Positions 52,532-58,533 of a stretch of DNA of 58,533 bases are shown one piece after another (position 1 is the first letter of the stretch; the number at the start of each line of letters is the position of its first letter). Source of the DNA: Catajapyx aquilonaris (Eukaryota); the NCBI GenBank assembly GCA_000934665.2, contig KZ538618.1:1-58533 (forward strand), given 5' to 3'. The translations under genes were made by a program, and so were the position numbers. Under the pieces are notes generated by a model. That model worked only from the letters and a program-made list of their open reading frames with translations. It was not told where the DNA came from and searched no databases.

Positions 52532-53056
52532 AGGGAAGGTCACAGGGTGATAATGACGGATCTTGATGAAATTTAACATGCTAATACAGGACAATATATG
52601 ATACCCAAAAATGAAATATTTCGTGCGGAGGCCCATATTTGCAAAAGTTATGACGTCTTAATTTTTAAAAAAATCATTGAGTCCATAATGGGATTACATT
52701 AGCGACCACATATAAGACCACATTGCAGTGTGTAATCAGTTTCTACACTTTGTCTCATCGGAAAAAAGTCCTACATAACGGCTCTGTATATCTTACGGTT
52801 TAGGCCTTGATACCTGTCCACAGACGGACGGACGGACAGACCCGTTCTGTAGGACTTTTTCTGATGAGAAAGAGTGTATCGCTAATGTAATCCCATTATG
52901 AATGAAAATGTATTATTTTTGGAACTTTAAGACGTCATAACTTTTGCAAATATGGGCCTCCGCATGAAATATTTCATTTTTGGGTATCATATATTGTCCT
53001 GTATTAGCATGTTAAATTTCATCAAGATCCGTCATTATCACCCCGTGACCTTCCCT
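52532..53056. mobile_element. Foldback element with 130-bp near-perfect TIRs and a DINE-like core
   Basis: 52532..52661 pairs with 52927..53056 with 2 mismatches, plus inner stems. The core GATACCTGTCCACAGACGGACGGAC is shared with the 34.4 kb element. Confidence 0.85.
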
Positions 53057-54041
53057 AGTAAGATTGTGTCCGATCATCCGTACACTATTTGGACGGAATC
53101 CAGCTTCATTTGATCTTATAATAATATACGTGGGACCACGCATGGGACACTCAGATCTCATACAATAGGCGCACTCACGATGATGGCATCAAACCGTACT
53201 ATCACCACCGCATCATTAAAAGTTTGGTAAGCCGCGTACATTCACAGCAACGAGTTCATGGCTAGCTAGTGTCCAGAATACCACATGTTACATGCCACCA
53301 GGCAGTGTTGCATGATAGGGTGCAACTAACTGTAAGAAACATTCCGAGTTTACCTAATATTGCTGTCATATTATGTAGTCCAAGTCGTACTAGCGTATGT
53401 GATTCAGAGGCTCTGCGCCACGCTGAATCTGACAGTATTTGCGGGTGGTGTGGGAGGAGCTGTATTTACTGACGCTTCATCAGATTTAATCAGAGAGAAC
53501 TGAAACCAGGTAATGAATTTAATCTGACATGTGCTTGAGTACACTGTACATGGACTCGCCGCTTGTTACGACAATACATACAGACCATCCTTTGTAGTAT
53601 ATGAACCATGTTGATTACATCCGATAAACCACACATATGCAGCGTAGGTCGTAAATTGGGCTCTGTACTCTACCTTCATATGACCTCTCCAATATTGGAC
53701 ACCGAGTGTGTTGTGTATGTTCGAGTGCAATCAATCCCCTTCTGAATGGTTATCAGGGTCCTGTGTATCGCATGTGCGAGATGGGTCGGATCCGCAGCCG
53801 CGGGGGAGGCTGAAAGAGAGAACGAGAGAGCGGGTTGGCTGGCTGGCTTAGGCCCGCACAAGAGCTGAACCCACCCCCGCGCCGCACATACTGAGTTTGA
53901 ACCGAGTGCCTCAGAGAGAGAACGGCGGGGGCTCAGGAAAGACGGCGCAGCTCTGGGGCCGCCCCGGGGCAGCAGCCGGACCAAGGAGAGGACGAAGGAG
54001 ACGGATTGGTGGTCTTTAGACCTCCTGCCATCCAAGCGGCT

Positions 54042-54204
54042 ATGCCGTCCCTACAGGCTACCACCACCTATAAGGACATGTCCATACCTACTATGCCCAC
54101 CATGCCCACCATGGGTATGGGGCTTGGTATGGGCATGGGGATGCGCAACAATCAAGGGCCGCCCATGGACCGCCTAAGGGATTCGCCGTCCATGTACTCC
54201 AAAG
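54042..54204 (+). CDS. Candidate first coding exon of an unidentified gene (MPSLQATTTYKDM...MDRLRDSPSMYSK)
   Basis: GC-rich open frame after a CpG-rich leader (about 53780-54040). ATG in context GCTATGC and phase-1 donor AAG|GTAGGG, after which the composition becomes intron-like. No downstream exon was identified. Confidence 0.6.
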
Positions 54205-56779
54205 GTAGGGTCAAGATTGTACAGTTCCGGTTGGTGTTGACCATCTTCTGTATTGTCTATTATGCTTTTTTCCGGATTGTACTGGAGGTACGAGGTACTG
54301 CTATAGTCGCCAGACGAAGATGGATAGCGGGAATGTTACTTTAGGGAATACTGTCATAGTGTTAATATTAGTGCGTCATAGGCACTAACGTGAGACTATA
54401 GAGGTACGAAATACTATACGAGAGACACTCCAGCTTTGTGTCTTGTTTGTGCCTTGACATCGTTTTTATGTGACTCCAAGCTCTTAGTGAACGTTGTGGC
54501 GGGTTATCCTATACCTTGCACCTGCATGTCTACAAGTCATTCTTTTCGCGGACCTCCTTGTCGATGATGATGCTCCAGATATGATACAAGGACACTTCTT
54601 ATGTCTGGTACTTGTCGCTTCCAGTTGCGCGTTTTCAGTAAACACTCTGCTAATTCCATATTTATATTTTATTGATGAGTGATGGTAGTGATTGCTTCCA
54701 GTTTAAAGACTTAAATGCAGAACGGTCAGAGTCAGATTTGGTAAAAATTCATTCGGCATTGTACATTGTTGTCCTCGCAGTATGTACTTTCTGCTAGAGC
54801 AATTCGAGCCCCTTATATTTTCTGAAGAAAAATGATCTCAAAAGGAAGATAATGCAAGCTTAAAGCTCAAAACCTCCAAATCTCGAAATCATTCCAATGT
54901 GAATATGATCGTACTTCAATTAAAGTTTTCATTTCGCCGTGTCCTCAGAATTTATGTTCATGAGAAACCTACACAGAGTTTTATAAAATGCCTCCAACAT
55001 CTGCCGTCGTTTCAAACACCATATATCTTAACTTACTTAACTCAAATCCAAAATTGGATGGGTGCCAATATGTGAATCGAACCTGCTACTAGTGTTGCAG
55101 GAGAGAGGGAAAAGGTCAACAGATGTGCAATATTCACATTTGACATGGGACACAGGTGGAAATATATTACCCGAAACTTTTTGACTTATCAGTACTGGTA
55201 AACCCACTATATATATAGAGAGTTTTTCTGCACAATTTATTTGAACATATGTTAGTGGAAACAGGCTGTCGTTGTCAGAACGTATGTTATGAAACAGAAT
55301 ACCAATAAATTGCTCTAACATTGTTGATTCGGTGGGGGTATGGTTATTAATTCCATGGTTGCCAATGTACGGCACTTCGTTCTTGTCTGTAGTTATAACT
55401 TGTCATGTACACTTTACGTGCTTCTAATGGATGCATGAAATAGCCTATTTAAACCGGTAGAAAATAAGGAACATGACAAGATAGTGTGATCTAAAAACGG
55501 TTGGAGCTTTTTTGGATTTCCTCCAAGCACCTTAATGCCAAAGGAAAATCAATTGGATTTGAAATTAAGTTATGTAAAAAGGTACCACCCCCGACAAAAA
55601 TACGGGACAGTCCAAATTAAATCAAAGGCTCCCAAAGGAAGACCTTTCCTCCATTACGTTACCACTGTTGTGGAAACAGGGCGACAGCTCGCAAGTTCTG
55701 AGCGCCATCTGGGCGCTCCAAAGCGATCTAATTTAACCTGCCCTCATCTTTTTGCCGGATATAGTCCGGTGATGTGCATGGAATATAATTAGGCGAGTAT
55801 GAGTGGGAGGTGCTGAAATCACACATAGCTATGGTAACCAGGTAAGCGGAAGAAGGGAAGAAGAGGAGAGTCCACTGGTGTTGGTGGCCCACCAGAATAA
55901 TGAATATTAAAACACTAGCGAGTAGGACGAAATGCAACGTAACCACAGCAAAACCAGGGCCTACCACAGGCCTTACATCGATGGCATATGTTTATGACAA
56001 CGTCGCCATCTGGTAGAGCTACATGACATGAAGTGAGGTCTCGAGTGAGGTACAGTTGGACTGTGGCCTGTGGGTAAATCCTTCGCCTTCCGTCGCCACA
56101 TGTCAGTCACGTCAGAGATGAAACCCGCTTTGTGTACAACGTAGAACGTACTGTACGTTGCAATTGAGAGACCGTATCGCATTTGCGCTTCGTTGTCGAC
56201 ATAATAATGAATAAATTATTTCATATATCGATATGCAGATTGGGGGTATAATTCAGATTAATCTGGCGGTCGATGAGTCGGCAGTGGTTAGTGATGTGAT
56301 TCAGCCACATGTCGATCTACCCATACCGTATAGCCTATGTGGAATGCTCGTAATAATTGAGCTGAGCAGCGCCGAACAGTCTGGAGAGGTGGATTTCCGC
56401 CTGAAGCATATGTACTGACGTACTGTAATTAAATCTGCGTGTGTCAGCATTTCTCGCGCGTGGAAAAGTGCCTTGGGCTATAGGGCCTAATCAAGTGGAA
56501 TAATTAAAACACCATTATGATTCTCCTTAAGTAATTAGGGGACATTGTATATATAGACTGCGCGGCATGCTGTAATATTACAATATACATACCGGTACTA
56601 TTGACACTAGATTTAGGGCAGTATAGTACTGTGCAGGAGGAGAATGAAATATTGTAAAGCATATGCAAATATGACTCTGTGACTGGTGACTCTCTCTGCA
56701 ACTTAATATTTCAGCGGTTATTTAGCATCATGGATATGTAAGGTATAGGTTGGTGCATCTGGCACGATCTGGCATTGTA

Positions 56780-57542
56780 CAGGGTGTCCCACTACTTCCC
56801 GAACCGGCAAAATGGCGCATAACTGGTAAACCACTTCATGTAGGGCGATGAAATTTTACGGGGACATAGCTTGATCCATGAGAAAAACCGGCAAGCGAAA
56901 ATCCCCACGCGATACACGAGGAACCGCGCCATTCTGATAAAGTTGGCGTGTGGTGTGGGATTTCACGACGTCGCGTCGCATTGTTGGACCCGTATTCTTC
57001 AATTCAACAGTGACATCCGACGTGTATCTCCAGATTTTCGACACTTTCGTGCAGCAGTTGGACGATGAAGAACTCACATAGGGCTACTTTCAGCAGGACG
57101 GAGCAACATGCTATACACATCGAGGGTCAGCATGGCCGTCATCAATTCCTTCTTCCCAGGCCGAGTCATTTCCAAGGGGATTTGGCCACCACGATCACCC
57201 GATTTAACTCCACCGAATTATTTCCTGTGGGGTTACCTAAAAGGACAGGTCTACAAAAACAAACCAAGAACTATCCCAGCACTGCAGGAAAATATCCGTT
57301 CCGCAATTATTGAGGGGATAACTCCCGAGATGCTGGCCTGCACTTTCGCGAACATGGAGCGTCGTGTTCAGACCTGCTTGGACCCAAACGGGGGCCACTC
57401 TCAGCATCTTCTATGTCTATGACAATATGTTACTGTCACAGACCAAGGTATGTACCCGTAAAATTTCATCGCCCTACATCAAGTGGTTTACCATCGCAGT
57501 TGTGCGCCATTTTCCCGGTTCGGGAGGTAGTGGGACACCCTT
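56780..57542 (+). mobile_element. Tc1/mariner (DDxD, rosa/maT-like) deletion derivative with a transposase remnant
   Basis: TA|CAGGGTGTCCCACTAC with TIRs of about 85 bp. Broken ORF KVGVWCGIS...GYFQQDGAT...WPPRSPDLTPPNYFLWGYLK...GGHSQHLL, with a stop at 57079-57081 and a frameshift near 57110. Confidence 0.92.
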
Positions 57543-58533
57543 ATATATACCTAACCTGGTATGGTATTATGTGGCATTATTGAATTCTACATGATAAGGC
57601 AATGAGTCCAATCCAAGTGACACAATTATGTATTACCGCATTCCATAATACCGCTTGGCCATAAAATTCCTCAAAAATTCCACAGAACGATGCTGCCAGA
57701 TTTTGTAAGTCTTTGTCGAACACTCTCCTTCCTATTCCTTCTCATCTTGGTCACTCCCCAGGTTCTCTACAGACCAAAAAAACTATACAAACGAAACATG
57801 TCTATATAATTATAGTTGCGAGATCTGGACCATGGTATGGACGCACAACGATGCTCCATATGAACTGTCCGAGTAATGCTCGTGGAAGGAACCTGAGATA
57901 TGCTCTCAAGCACTGTTGTGCTCCCTTTCGCGACTTTTTAGGTTTTGGGTAATAATTTCCAAACATTTTAAATGTCCAAATGGTACTTATTGCTTTTGGA
58001 ATGCGATAAGAGTGCTTTTAACAGTTGTCTGTGCAACTCAAATTCATCATTTTAAATGGCTTGCCTTGCTGAATGACGCTCTCATAATAATACAGTATGT
58101 TGCTTGAGGGAGACTGCATGCCTCTAGAATTGACTCTATGTACAGTTTTACCGGATTATAAAAGTGGTAGGTCTATAACATGTGGCCACAGCAAGCCTGC
58201 TAAAATGCAGCATGTTATGTCATATTGGAGAAAGGGAGTTCGTGCCGAGTGCTACACTTGCTGGCGTGCTATTATTCAGTTGCAACTAAACATTCATATC
58301 ATTTACTGCTTTCCAAGAACAGTATAACACAGATGATTCATTGTGACAATGACGCATCATTAGCGTGGTTCCAATGAGTTTCACTGTACACCGGACGGTA
58401 ATGTATGGTATATATAGAGACGGAAAACTGCTAGTCATCTAATATATATAAAGCCCCACGCCGAGGAGGAGGATATAGGATGAAAAAGATTTCGCACTTC
58501 CCGGGGTCGGAGAGACGTCGGACTTACGCCGTT

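Noticed and set aside
21300..53600. Numerous 60-137 aa ORFs in the supplied track
   Set aside because: Composition and length are as expected by chance or from repeats, with no recognisable domains.

Overview
AT-rich, intron-containing animal DNA, probably arthropod (inferred from the gene families and the SINE type). Two protein-coding genes converge. The first is a SAMTOR/BMT2 homolog on +, join(892..1026,1082..1957), 336 aa. The second is a hikaru genki (hig)-like secreted Ig/CCP protein on -, with 10 coding exons (21127..13436), 567 aa, and a GC-AG first coding intron. An unidentified + strand gene appears to start near the right end: a candidate first coding exon at 54042..54204 and a possible TATA/Inr promoter near 45.06 kb. 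The rest is dense in non-autonomous elements: tRNA-derived SINEs with clear TSDs, many TA-flanked Tc1/mariner MITEs, hAT and piggyBac derivatives, DINE-1/Helentron-like modules and several perfect palindromes. The most notable signals are a perfect 103-bp hairpin nested in a hAT element, SINEs with swapped head and tail modules, and CpG decay confined to the left part of the window. I found no convincing novel multi-gene system. All calls come from reading the sequence by eye; no database search was run.
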